Shown: piece by piece, positions 1 through 14,300 of the stretch | How the letters are laid out: every line of letters starts with the position of its first letter | How positions within the stretch are numbered: position 1 is the stretch's first letter | From: Hormiphora californensis | Lineage: Eukaryota > Animalia > Ctenophora | Length of the DNA: 64,000 nucleotides | Assembly: GCA_020137815.1 (NCBI GenBank) | Contig: CM035351.1 | Coordinates: 124,001-188,000, forward strand | Direction of reading: 5' to 3' | Notes under the pieces: model-generated | What the model was told of the DNA's origin: nothing | The model's database searches: none | Seen by the model: only the letters and a program-made list of their open reading frames with translations | Translations under genes and position numbers: made by a program

Positions 1-3000
1 TTGTTTTCAGATAAGACAGGTATCACTGATATCCACACACATCTTGTTTTCAGATAAGACAGGTATCACTGATATCCACACACATCTTGTTTTCAGATAA
101 GACAGGTATCACTGATATCCACACACATCTTGTTTTCAGATAAGACAGGTATCACTGATATCCACACACATCTTGTTTTCAGATAAGACAGGTATCACTG
201 ATATCCACACACATCTTGTTTTCAGATAAGACAGGTATCACTGATATCCACAATAACAATTTCCTGTTTTCAGATAAGACAGGTATCACTGATATCCACA
301 CACATCTTGTTTTCAGATAAGACAGGTATCACTGATATCCACACACATCTTGTTTTCAGATAAGACAGGTATCACTGATATCCACACACATCTTGTTTTC
401 AGATAAGACAGGTATCACTGATATCCACACACATCTTGTTTTCAGATAAGACAGGTATCACTGATATCCACACACATCTTGTTTTCAGATAAGACAGGTA
501 TCACTGATATCCACACACATCTTGTTTTCAGATAAGACAGGTATCACTGATATCCACACACATCTTGTTTTCAGATAAGACAGGTATCACTGATATCCAC
601 ACACATCTTGTTTTCAGATAAGACAGGTATCACTGATATCCACACACATCTTGTTTTCAGATAAGACAGGTATCACTGATATCCACACACATCTTGTTTT
701 CAGATAAGACAGGTATCACTGATATCCACACACATCTTGTTTTCAGATAAGACAGGTATCACTGATATCCACACACATCTTGTTTTCAGATAAGACAGGT
801 ATCACTGATATCCACACACATCTTGTTTTCAGATAAGACAGGTATCACTGATATCCACACACATCTTGTTTTCAGATAAGACAGGTATCACTGATATCCA
901 CACACATCTTGTTTTCAGATAAGACAGGTATCACTGATATCCACACACATCTTGTTTTCAGATAAGACAGGTATCACATGATATCCACACATCTTGTTTT
1001 CAGATAAGACAGGTATCACTGATATCCACACACATCTTGTTTTCAGATAAGACAGGTATCACTGATATCCACACACATCTTGTTTTCAGATAAGACAGGT
1101 ATCACTGATATCCACACACATCTTGTTTTCAGATAAGACAGGTATCACTGATATCCACACACATCTTGTTTTCAGATAAGACAGGTATCACTGATATCCA
1201 CACACATCTTGTTTTCAGATAAGACAGGTATCACTGATATCCACACACATCTTGTTTTCAGATAAGACAGGTATCACTGATATCCACACACATCTTGTTT
1301 TCAGATAAGACAGGTATCACTGATATCCACACACATCTTGTTTTCAGATAAGACAGGTATCACTGATATCCACACACATCTTGTTTTCAGATAAGACAGG
1401 TATCACTGATATCCACACACATCTTGTTTTCAGATAAGACAGGTATCACTGATATCCACACACATCTTGTTTTCAGATAAGACAGGTATCACTGATATCC
1501 ACACACATCTTGTTTTCAGATAAGACAGGTATCACTGATATCCACACACATCTTGTTTTCAGATAAGACAGGTATCACTGATATCCACACACATCTTGTT
1601 TTCAGATAAGACAGGTATCACTGATATCCACACACATCTTGTTTTCAGATAAGACAGGTATCACTGATATCCACACACATCTTGTTTTCAGATAAGACAG
1701 GTATCACTGATATCCACACACATCTTGTTTTCAGATAAGACAGGTATCACTGATATCCACACACATCTTGTTTTCAGATAAGACAGGTATCACTGATATC
1801 CACACACATCTTGTTTTCAGATAAGACAGGTATCACTGATATCCACACACATCTTGTTTTCAGATAAGACAGGTATCACTGATATCCACACACATCTTGT
1901 TTTCAGATAAGACAGGTATCACTGATATCCACACACATCTTGTTTTCAGATAAGACAGGTATCACTGATATCCACACACATCTTGTTTTCAGATAAGACA
2001 GGTATCACTGATATCCACACACATCTTGTTTTCAGATAAGACAGGTATCACTGATATCCACACACATCTTGTTTTCAGATAAGACAGGTATCACTGATAT
2101 CCACACACATCTTGTTTTCAGATAAGACAGGTATCACTGATATCCACACACATCTTGTTTTCAGATAAGACAGGTATCACTGATATCCACACACATCTTG
2201 TTTTCAGATAAGACAGGTATCACAGATATCCACACACATCTTGTTTTCAGATAAGACAGGTATCACTGATATCCACACACATCTTGTTTTCAGATAAGAC
2301 AGGTATCACTGATATCCACACACATCTTGTTTTCAGATAAGACAGGTATCACTGATATCCACACACATCTTGTTTTCAGATAAGACAGGTATCACTGATA
2401 TCCACACACATCTTGTTTTCAGATAAGACAGGTATCACTGATATCCACACACATCTTGTTTTTCAGATAAGACAGGTATCACTGATATCCACACATCTTG
2501 TTTCAGATAAGACAGGTATCACTGATATCCACACACATCTTGTTTTCAGATAAGACAGGTATCACTGATATCCACACACATCTTGTTTTCAGATAAGACA
2601 GGTATCACTGATATCCACACACATCTTGTTTTCAGATAAGACAGGTATCACTGATATCCACACACATCTTGTTTTCAGATAAGACAGGTATCACTGATAT
2701 CCACACACATCTTGTTTTCAGATAAGACAGGTATCACTGATATCCACACACATCTTGTTTTCAGATAAGACAGGTATCACTGATATCCACACACATCTTG
2801 TTTTCAGATAAGACAGGTATCACTGATATCCACACACATCTTGTTTTCAGATAAGACAGGTATCACTGATATCCACACACATCTTGTTTTCAGATAAGAC
2901 AGGTATCACTGATATCCACACACATCTTGTTTTCAGATAAGACAGGTATCACTGATATCCACACACATCTTGTTTTCAGATAAGACAGGTATCACTGATA

Positions 3001-6000
3001 TCCACACACATCTTGTTTTCAGATAAGACAGGTATCACTGATATCCACACACATCTTGTTTTCAGATAAGACAGGTATCACTGATATCCACACACATCTT
3101 GTTTTCAGATAAGACAGGTATCACTGATATCCACACACATCTTGTTTTCAGATAAGACAGGTATCACTGATATCCACACACATCTTGTTTTCAGATAAGA
3201 CAGGTATCACTGATATCCACACACATCTTGTTTTCAGATAAGACAGGTATCACTGATATCCACACACATCTTGTTTTCAGATAAGACAGGTATCACTGAT
3301 ATCCACACACATCTTGTTTTCAGATAAGACAGGTATCACTGATATCCACACACATCTTGTTTTCAGATAAGACAGGTATCACTGATATCCACACACATCT
3401 TGTTTTCAGATAAGACAGGTATCACTGATATCCACACACATCTTGTTTTCAGATAAGACAGGTATCACTGATATCCACACACATCTTGTTTTCAGATAAG
3501 ACAGGTATCACTGATATCCACACACATCTTGTTTTCAGATAAGACAGGTATCACTGATATCCACACACATCTTGTTTTCAGATAAGACAGGTATCACTGA
3601 TATCCACACACATCTTGTTTTCAGATAAGACAGGTATCACTGATATCCACACACATCTTGTTTTCAGATAAGACAGGTATCACTGATATCCACACACATC
3701 TTGTTTTCAGATAAGACAGGTATCACTGATATCCACACACATCTTGTTTTCAGATAAGACAGGTATCACTGATATCCACACACATCTTGTTTTCAGATAA
3801 GACAGGTATCACTGATATCCACACACATCTTGTTTTCAGATAAGACAGGTATCACTGATATCCACACACATCTTGTTTTCAGATAAGACAGGTATCACTG
3901 ATATCCACACACATCTTGTTTTCAGATAAGACAGGTATCACTGATATCCACACACATCTTGTTTTCAGATAAGACAGGTATCACTGATATCCACACACAT
4001 CTTGTTTTCAGATAAGACAGGTATCACTGATATCCACACACATCTTGTTTTCAGATAAGACAGGTATCACTGATATCCACACACATCTTGTTTTCAGATA
4101 AGACAGGTATCACTGATATCCACACACATCTTGTTTTCAGATAAGACAGGTATCACTGATATCCACACACATCTTGTTTTCAGATAAGACAGGTATCACT
4201 GATATCCACACACATCTTGTTTTCAGATAAGACAGGTATCACTGATATCCACACACATCTTGTTTTCAGATAAGACAGGTATCACTGATATCCACACACA
4301 TCTTGTTTTCAGATAAGACAGGTATCACTGATATCCACACACATCTTGTTTTCAGATAAGACAGGTATCACTGATATCCACACACATCTTGTTTTCAGAT
4401 AAGACAGGTATCACTGATATCCACACACATCTTGTTTTCAGATAAGACAGGTATCACTGATATCCACACACATCTTGTTTTCAGATAAGACAGGTATCAC
4501 TGATATCCACACACATCTTGTTTTCAGATAAGACAGGTATCACTGATATCCACACACATCTTGTTTTCAGATAAGACAGGTATCACTGATATCCACACAC
4601 ATCTTGTTTTCAGATAAGACAGGTATCACTGATATCCACACACATCTTGTTTTCAGATAAGACAGGTATCACTGATATCCACACACATCTTGTTTTCAGA
4701 TAAGACAGGTATCACTGATATCCACACACATCTTGTTTTCAGATAAGACAGGTATCACTGATATCCACACACATCTTGTTTTCAGATAAGACAGGTATCA
4801 CTGATATCCACACACATCTTGTTTTCAGATAAGACAGGTATCACTGATATCCACACACATCTTGTTTTCAGATAAGACAGGTATCACTGATATCCACACA
4901 CATCTTGTTTTCAGATAAGACAGGTATCACTGATATCCACACACATCTTGTTTTCAGATAAGACAGGTATCACTGATATCCACACACATCTTGTTTTCAG
5001 ATAAGACAGGTATCACTGATATCCACACACATCTTGTTTTCAGATAAGACAGGTATCACTGATATCCACACACATCTTGTTTTCAGATAAGACAGGTATC
5101 ACTGATATCCACACACATCTTGTTTTCAGATAAGACAGGTATCACTGATATCCACACACATCTTGTTTTCAGATAAGACAGGTATCACTGATATCCACAC
5201 ACATCTTGTTTTCAGATAAGACAGGTATCACTGATATCCACACACATCTTGTTTTCAGATAAGACAGGTATCACTGATATCCACACACATCTTGTTTTCA
5301 GATAAGACAGGTATCACTGATATCCACACACATCTTGTTTTCAGATAAGACAGGTATCACTGATATCCACACACATCTTGTTTTCAGATAAGACAGGTAT
5401 CACTGATATCCACACACATCTTGTTTTCAGATAAGACAGGTATCACTGATATCCACACACATCTTGTTTTCAGATAAGACAGGTATCACTGATATCCACA
5501 CACATCTTGTTTTCAGATAAGACAGGTATCACTGATATCCACACACATCTTGTTTTCAGATAAGACAGGTATCACTGATATCCACACACATCTTGTTTTC
5601 AGATAAGACAGGTATCACTGATATCCACACACATCTTGTTTTCAGATAAGACAGGTATCACTGATATCCACACACATCTTGTTTTCAGATAAGACAGGTA
5701 TCACTGATATCCACACACATCTTGTTTTCAGATAAGACAGGTATCACTGATATCCACACACATCTTGTTTTCAGATAAGACAGGTATCACTGATATCCAC
5801 ACACATCTTGTTTTCAGATAAGACAGGTATCACTGATATCCACACACATCTTGTTTTCAGATAAGACAGGTATCACTGATATCCACACACATCTTGTTTT
5901 CAGATAAGACAGGTATCACTGATATCCACACACATCTTGTTTTCAGATAAGACAGGTATCACTGATATCCACACACATCTTGTTTTCAGATAAGACAGGT

Positions 6001-8303
6001 ATCACTGATATCCACACACATCTTGTTTTCAGATAAGACAGGTATCACTGATATCCACACACATCTTGTTTTCAGATAAGACAGGTATCACTGATATCCA
6101 CACACATCTTGTTTTCAGATAAGACAGGTATCACTGATATCCACACACATCTTGTTTTCAGATAAGACAGGTATCACTGATATCCACACACATCTTGTTT
6201 TCAGATAAGACAGGTATCACTGATATCCACACACATCTTGTTTTCAGATAAGACAGGTATCACTGATATCCACACACATCTTGTTTTCAGATAAGACAGG
6301 TATCACTGATATCCACACACATCTTGTTTTCAGATAAGACAGGTATCACTGATATCCACACACATCTTGTTTTCAGATAAGACAGGTATCACTGATATCC
6401 ACACACATCTTGTTTTCAGATAAGACAGGTATCACTGATATCCACACACATCTTGTTTTCAGATAAGACAGGTATCACTGATATCCACACACATCTTGTT
6501 TTCAGATAAGACAGGTATCACTGATATCCACACACATCTTGTTTTCAGATAAGACAGGTATCACTGATATCCACACACATCTTGTTTTCAGATAAGACAG
6601 GTATCACTGATATCCACACACATCTTGTTTTCAGATAAGACAGGTATCACTGATATCCACACACATCTTGTTTTCAGATAAGACAGGTATCACTGATATC
6701 CACACACATCTTGTTTTCAGATAAGACAGGTATCACTGATATCCACACACATCTTGTTTTCAGATAAGACAGGTATCACTGATATCCACACACATCTTGT
6801 TTTCAGATAAGACAGGTATCACTGATATCCACACACATCTTGTTTTCAGATAAGACAGGTATCACTGATATCCACACACATCTTGTTTTCAGATAAGACA
6901 GGTATCACTGATATCCACACACATCTTGTTTTCAGATAAGACAGGTATCACTGATATCCACACACATCTTGTTTTCAGATAAGACAGGTATCACTGATAT
7001 CCACACACATCTTGTTTTCAGATAAGACAGGTATCACTGATATCCACACACATCTTGTTTTCAGATAAGACAGGTATCACTGATATCCACACACATCTTG
7101 TTTTCAGATAAGACAGGTATCACTGATATCCACACACATCTTGTTTTCAGATAAGACAGGTATCACTGATATCCACACACATCTTGTTTTCAGATAAGAC
7201 AGGTATCACTGATATCCACACACATCTTGTTTTCAGATAAGACAGGTATCACTGATATCCACACACATCTTGTTTTCAGATAAGACAGGTATCACTGATA
7301 TCCACACACATCTTGTTTTCAGATAAGACAGGTATCACTGATATCCACACACATCTTGTTTTCAGATAAGACAGGTATCACTGATATCCACACACATCTT
7401 GTTTTCAGATAAGACAGGTATCACTGATATCCACACACATCTTGTTTTCAGATAAGACAGGTATCACTGATATCCACACACATCTTGTTTTCAGATAAGA
7501 CAGGTATCACTGATATCCACACACATCTTGTTTTCAGATAAGACAGGTATCACTGATATCCACACACATCTTGTTTTCAGATAAGACAGGTATCACTGAT
7601 ATCCACACACATCTTGTTTTCAGATAAGACAGGTATCACTGATATCCACACACATCTTGTTTTCAGATAAGACAGGTATCACTGATATCCACACACATCT
7701 TGTTTTCAGATAAGACAGGTATCACTGATATCCACACACATCTTGTTTTCAGATAAGACAGGTATCACTGATATCCACACACATCTTGTTTTCAGATAAG
7801 ACAGGTATCACTGATATCCACACACATCTTGTTTTCAGATAAGACAGGTATCACTGATATCCACACACATCTTGTTTTCAGATAAGACAGGTATCACTGA
7901 TATCCACACACATCTTGTTTTCAGATAAGACAGGTATCACTGATATCCACACACATCTTGTTTTCAGATAAGACAGGTATCACTGATATCCACACACATC
8001 TTGTTTTCAGATAAGACAGGTATCACTGATATCCACACACATCTTGTTTTCAGATAAGACAGGTATCACTGATATCCACACACATCTTGTTTTCAGATAA
8101 GACAGGTATCACTGATATCCACACACATCTTGTTTTCAGATAAGACAGGTATCACTGATATCCACACACATCTTGTTTTCAGATAAGACAGGTATCACTG
8201 ATATCCACACACATCTTGTTTTCAGATAAGACAGGTATCACTGATATCCACACACATCTTGTTTTCAGATAAGACAGGTATCACTGATATCCACACACAT
8301 CTT
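1..8303. repeat. 43-bp tandem satellite (TTGTTTTCAGATAAGACAGGTATCACTGATATCCACACACATC), ~193 near-identical copies, intronic in the mannosidase gene; runs off the window start
   Basis: Direct 43-nt periodicity with very few variant units (e.g. ~252-270, ~977, ~2460-2500); ends 20 nt before the acceptor at 8323. Confidence 0.98.
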
Positions 8304-8323
8304 GGACCTTTCTTCTCCTACAG

Positions 8324-11300
8324 TTTACGGAACACTTGCGGACCTGATTCAGAGGTATTTATTTAGCAAAACTTGTGAATTTTCCCACGGTCATTGCTCC
8401 ACCCCCTGATGAGAATTTCTTAGTAAAGACCTATGCAGTCAATCCTCATTACTTGAGTCGCACCTATCTCTTGATCACAAATGAGTGGGTGTTCCCTTTA
8501 GCTTATCTTTTGATTGTAGGATCAGTGCAGTCACCCCATGGAAAGGTGGTTGATTAAACTGAGTTTAAAAACCCAATTTGATCTCCCCCTCTCATGGTTT
8601 CGATGAGGTTTTCTCTCCAGGAGTATTATACTTTTGTCACCCTCATCACATAATGACAATTCAAATATAATCCCTATTGAAATATCCTCCTCCTTTGTCC
8701 ATATTTTAAACCGCCCACACTCATTCATACTTAGCAACTCTCAGTAATTCAGTTTGTTGAGGGTCCAGCAAGGCAAAATACAGTCGGACCCCGAATTACC
8801 AGGAGGGAAAATTTCCCCAGAGACATTTTGACCCGTTTTCAATAAAATGTTCGCTAAAATGTTCAGGTGTGTAAGGCATTCAACTTCCTGAGAGAGAACC
8901 AGAAGATAGTGAAGGGGAAGGGTGTGAAGGTTGCAGAGGCTAATGCCAAGGAGATCCTGAAACAGTGGAGGTTGAAAGCAGCGCTACACCAGACTGGGGC
9001 GGTATTTATTGAGTTGGGAGATGACTTTGCATACACTCTTAAAGAACACACCCAGAAAATATACGATAATTACAAGGTATTATCAGGGAATTAGTTCATT
9101 ATTCATTAGTTCATTACTCATATTCCCTAAGATACTGAGATGTTGAGATCTCAACAATAATATATTGTACTATTTTGAGATCTTAACTTTATTGTGTCCA
9201 TGTATACATTGTTCTATTTCCCAGCACGTGTTGCATACACCCATGGTAATGTGCACCAGATGTTGTGGTAATGTGCAACACTGCAACAGATGTTGTGGTA
9301 ATGTGGTAATGTGCACCAGATGTTGTGGTAATGTGCAACACTGCAACAGATGTTGTGGTAATGTGGTAATGTGTACCAGAGCTCTGGAGCACTCATTCTG
9401 TATACACTGTATATATATGCTATATAATATGGTATATATATGCTATAGGCCAATGGTGTGACAGCCACCTCACGACATAGCGTCACACATATTGTTACTA
9501 AGTGTCTGTTACTAAGGGTCTTGTGAAAAGAGATGGGCCGCATAATACGTGGCATTATTACAGAGAATATTATAAGTGTTACCTAATTATTATTTATTAT
9601 ATCCCTTTTCAGATAATTATGGATGTTATTAACAACGATCCTTCACTGAACACAAAGGTAAATAGTAATCTTCATTTTAGTCCAAGTGCAGTGTTCACGT
9701 AGTGTTCACGTGCAGTATAATTCACATGCACTATTTACTTAGTTGGCAGGATGTGGTGTAGACTATTACACCACCACCGGCCACCCTGTCACTGTGTCAC
9801 ACACTGTGCAGTGTCACACCCAGTAACCACCCTGTCACTGTGTTATAGTGTTAGCATGCACTCCCTGCACGGTGGCACCAACCCTTTTTGACACTGTACC
9901 ACACTATTATATACCCTCTTCCAGGTGTCGTGGGGTGTGTTGAGTGATTATTTTGAGTGGGTCCGGGACAACCACCCTCCCTCTACCTTACCCTCCCTCA
10001 GCGGGGACTTCTTCACTTACGCAGATAGGTGTGTTCAAGTAAACAACCAATCAGAGCTCGTTATTTAGGTCACGTGACTGGTTATCATCCAATCAGGGAC
10101 CAGTATTACGCAGATAGGTGTGTTCATAGCCTCACACACATCTGTATACATGACGTGCACCATGTTTGTTTTCAATTCGACCGCGGAGAGAGAGAGCCAC
10201 ACAGCTCTGTGTTCCCCCAGTACAGTAGCTCTGTACAGCTCAGTACAGCAGCTCTAGACCCGGAAAGAGTGTTTCACAAATACAGACACACACTGCTGCA
10301 GTGGCACTAGCCGATTGAGCCGTGTAGTGCAGTATGGTAGTAGGGCCACTGTGTAGGGACACATAGTCTCACTGTGGCCCGGCCACAAAACATGTGTGTA
10401 CTAGTATAATGCAGCTGGCCCGGAAAAGCGTTCAATATTGAAAGGTTTTAGAAAAGCGTTTTAGACTTTAGAGTTGTGTGAAGTCTAGCGAGGGAGTTGA
10501 ACCTTTCTATGCGTTTTACTAATTGCATGGCATTACACTACTAACCATGCTGTATAGTGGGCTGTGAGAAAAACATGTGTTAGTTTACCAGCTGGTTTAC
10601 CGATAGTGAGCTGCAGTGTAATGTGGGTAGTGTGTGTGTTTAGTAAACACTGAACATTGTAGTCTAGGTACTGCACAGATTGGTAAAATGATTGGTAACA
10701 AGCGTGTACAAACCACAGGAAAACATTACATTTGTAGCCTACTTGCAGGCGCCTGTTTACTGTCAAATGACAATACTTTACCACTCAGTAGGGTGCCTTC
10801 TAACTCATGTAGACCATTCCAACGTGCATAATTACCAACTAAAAAACACGCTCCCAAACTATTGAACACATTACCATATTTCCCAGGCAGGCTGATTATT
10901 GGAGTGGGTACTACACATCTCGTCCATTCTATAAAAACCTGGACAGAGTCATGGAGACCATGTTGCGGTAGGTACAAAGTGAGCTAGCTTGTAGTAGTAA
11001 CATCTCATTATTATCAATATCAGCCCATTTATTTGATGCAGCACTAAATAGTACAGCTACAAAACCTACCTTTGCAAAGCAGTTGGTATTACCCCGACCC
11101 TCTCTCTCCCACTGGGGGTTTACTTCATCCCGTATATTTATTACTTTCTCACTACACTCTAATTGACAGTAGTGTTACTCTCATATTACCCTCCCTCCCC
11201 TCTCTGGGTTTATTATTTCCTTACACCCCCCTGTTATAGGAGGACCGAGGTCCTGTACAGTTTCTACAGGGACAACACACACCATTCGACCCTGAATAAT

Positions 11301-14300
11301 GCTCGTCAGACACTGTCCCTCTTTCAACACCATGACGGAATAACTGGCACAGCTAGGGGACATGTTGTAGAAGACTATGGAGGAAGGTATGGAGAAAATA
11401 TTTAGGCCAGGGAGGTAGCAGGTGTGTTAGAGCATTGGCCTGAAAGAGGTAGCACCCAATGACTCATGTCAATGTGTTGTGAAGTTGTGTACTGGCAGTA
11501 GCGCGCCGTGACACTCTTGTGTGAATTGTGCGCAACAGCGGGGGCGCGCGCACACACATGTTCATGAAACGGAGAAGTACATGAAAAAAGTGTATACAGT
11601 ATACACTATACATTGTACATTTAGTGTATAACATTGAAACTATTACCATTTCCCAGGTTATTTAACGCATGGAACGGGTGTAGATCTATACTCGCAGCAG
11701 CGACAAAGCACCTTCTCTCACTTGAAACACTACCCACCACTTACCGACTTGGATTCAATGTGTATGAAAAGGATACCCCTCTGAACGGGTCTGGGATAGT
11801 TGTTATCTATAACTCCCTCCCCAGAGATCTGTTAGCAGTCCACAGTGTTGCCGTGAAAGGGACAGAGTTGTTTGAGGTAGGAAGCTGTCATATCTACAGG
11901 TATCTTAGCACTATCTGAAATAAGGAGGGGGTTTGAAATGATTTCACTAATGATCCCAGGTTAAAGACACGGTTTATCAAATTGAACCTAACTATGACTA
12001 TGGTAAAATGGACAGGGATTCCTCTAAAGTGGTCTTTGCAAAACATACCAGCCCTGTATCTCTGACACCGTGAGTGTGCTTGAATTTGAGAAATTAGTGT
12101 AGTTTAGTTACCGAGTTCTTTGTGAATGACATCATCTTTATCTCTATTGTTTGAGTTTACCCAGACTTCCTGAATAACAACTAAGTCACCCCTACTACAG
12201 AGTGTTGTTAGATAATGGATATGAAGACTCTGCCCGGGTATGGGTTGAAACATACAACAGCTACCGATTGGATGAGAAGCTGACTGAACTATTTTGGAAC
12301 AGAGATCACCCCCCTGAGAAATGCAGGCATATCAAGATTGGTACTAAGAGGGTTGGTGGGACTATAGATTGCCGGTCAGGGCAACTCCTCTCCATTTGGA
12401 GGGATGGTACACAGATGGACATCAAACAGAATATTGTGCTTTACGACGCAACTAACAGTGGGGCTTATCTGTTTAGACCAATCGGAGAGGACGTGATGCG
12501 TAAGTAAAATAGAGAGCGAGGGAGAGTGATAGATAGTGGAGTTCTAAACTCATCATAAACATGAAGGAAACTGATTTACTCCTTCATAAAACATGTCATC
12601 TCTCAGTTGGGGAGAAAGATAGGCCGTCTATTTTGGTGTTGAGAGGTCCAGTTAGGCACCGTGTCATTGTCCGGTTTGACAAATACATCACCATCTCCTA
12701 TACTATCAATATGGTCGAAGGTAGGCTTCAATATGGTCGAAGGTAGGCTTCAATATTCCATGCTCAGACCCCTTTTCTCCCACCCCTTTTCTCCCACCCC
12801 TTGAGTCACCTGACACTGTATCTGCACACAGTTAACTGCACTCACTGCCACTATTTAACAGTTCAACTAACTGCACTCACTGCCAGGTCCAGAAGGTGAG
12901 TATATTGACATGGAGCTGCTGACTACACTGAACAGATTTGGAGACATGGTAATGAGGTTCCAAACTGACATCAAGAATGATAGGACGATATTCACCGATC
13001 TCAATGGGCACACACTTCAGGAGCACAGATACAAGGACAAACTATTCACCCAGGTATGCTATAGCCCTGTAGTAGTGCAGCTAGGTATAGACCCCCCCCC
13101 CTGTAGAATAGAAGCTACTAGCTGTTGACCTATTTGTCCAGGTATTGTAGGCCACTAAATTCCTTATTATGGTCCCAATCCCAGCTGTTTGCAGTTTGTG
13201 TCCTAATTGTTCACATATCCTCTGGCCGGCCATCAGCTGTTTGCAGTTTGTGTCCTAATTGTTCACATATCCTCTGGCCGGCCATCAGCTGTTTGCAGTT
13301 TGTGTCCTAATTGTTCACATATCCTCTGGCCGGCCATCAGCTGTTTGCAGTTTGTGTCCTAATTGTTCACATATCCTCTGGCCGGCCATCAGCTGTTTGC
13401 AGTTTGTGTCCTAATTGTTCACATATCCTCTGGCCGGCCATCAGCTGTTTGCAGTTTGTGTCCTAATTGTTCACATATCCTCTGGCCGGCCATCAGCTGT
13501 TTGCAGTTTGTGTCCTAATTGTTCACATATCCTCTGGCCGGCCATCAGCTGTTTGCAGTTTGTGTCCTAATTGTTCACATATCCTCTGGCCGGCCATCAG
13601 CTGTTTGCAGTTTGTGTCCTAATTGTTCACATATCCTCTGGCCGGCCATCAGCTGTTTGCAGTTTGTGTCCTAATTGTTCACATATCCTCTGGCCGGCCA
13701 TCAGCTGTTTGCAGTTTGTGTCCTAATTGTTCACATATCCTCTGGCCGGCCATCAGCTGTTTGCAGTTTGTGTCCTAATTGTTCACGATATCCTCTGGCC
13801 GGCCATCAGCTGTTTGCAGTTTGTGTCCTAATTGTTCACATATCCTCTGGCCGGCCATCAGCTGTTTGCAGTTTGTGTCCTAATTGTTCACATATCCTCT
13901 GGCCGGCCATCAGCTGTTTGCAGTTTGTGTCCTAATTGTTCACATATCCTCTGGCCGGCCATCAGCTGTTTGCAGTTTGTGTCCTAATTGTTCACATATC
14001 CTCTGGCCGGCCATCAGCTGTTTGCAGTTTGTGTCCTAATTGTTCACATATCCTCTGGCCGGCCATCAGCTGTTTGCAGTTTGTGTCCTAATTGTTCACA
14101 TATCCTCTGGCCGGCCATCAGCTGTTTGCAGTTTGTGTCCTAATTGTTCACATATCCTCTGGCCGGCCATCAGCTGTTTGCAGTTTGTGTCCTAATTGTT
14201 CACATATCCTCTGGCCGGCCATCAGCTGTTTGCAGTTTGTGTCCTAATTGTTCACATATCCTCTGGCCGGCCATCAGCTGTTTGCAGTTTGTGTCCTAAT

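Noticed and set aside
1-8303. CRISPR-like array
   Set aside because: Head-to-tail identical units with no unique spacers and no cas genes; eukaryotic intron context
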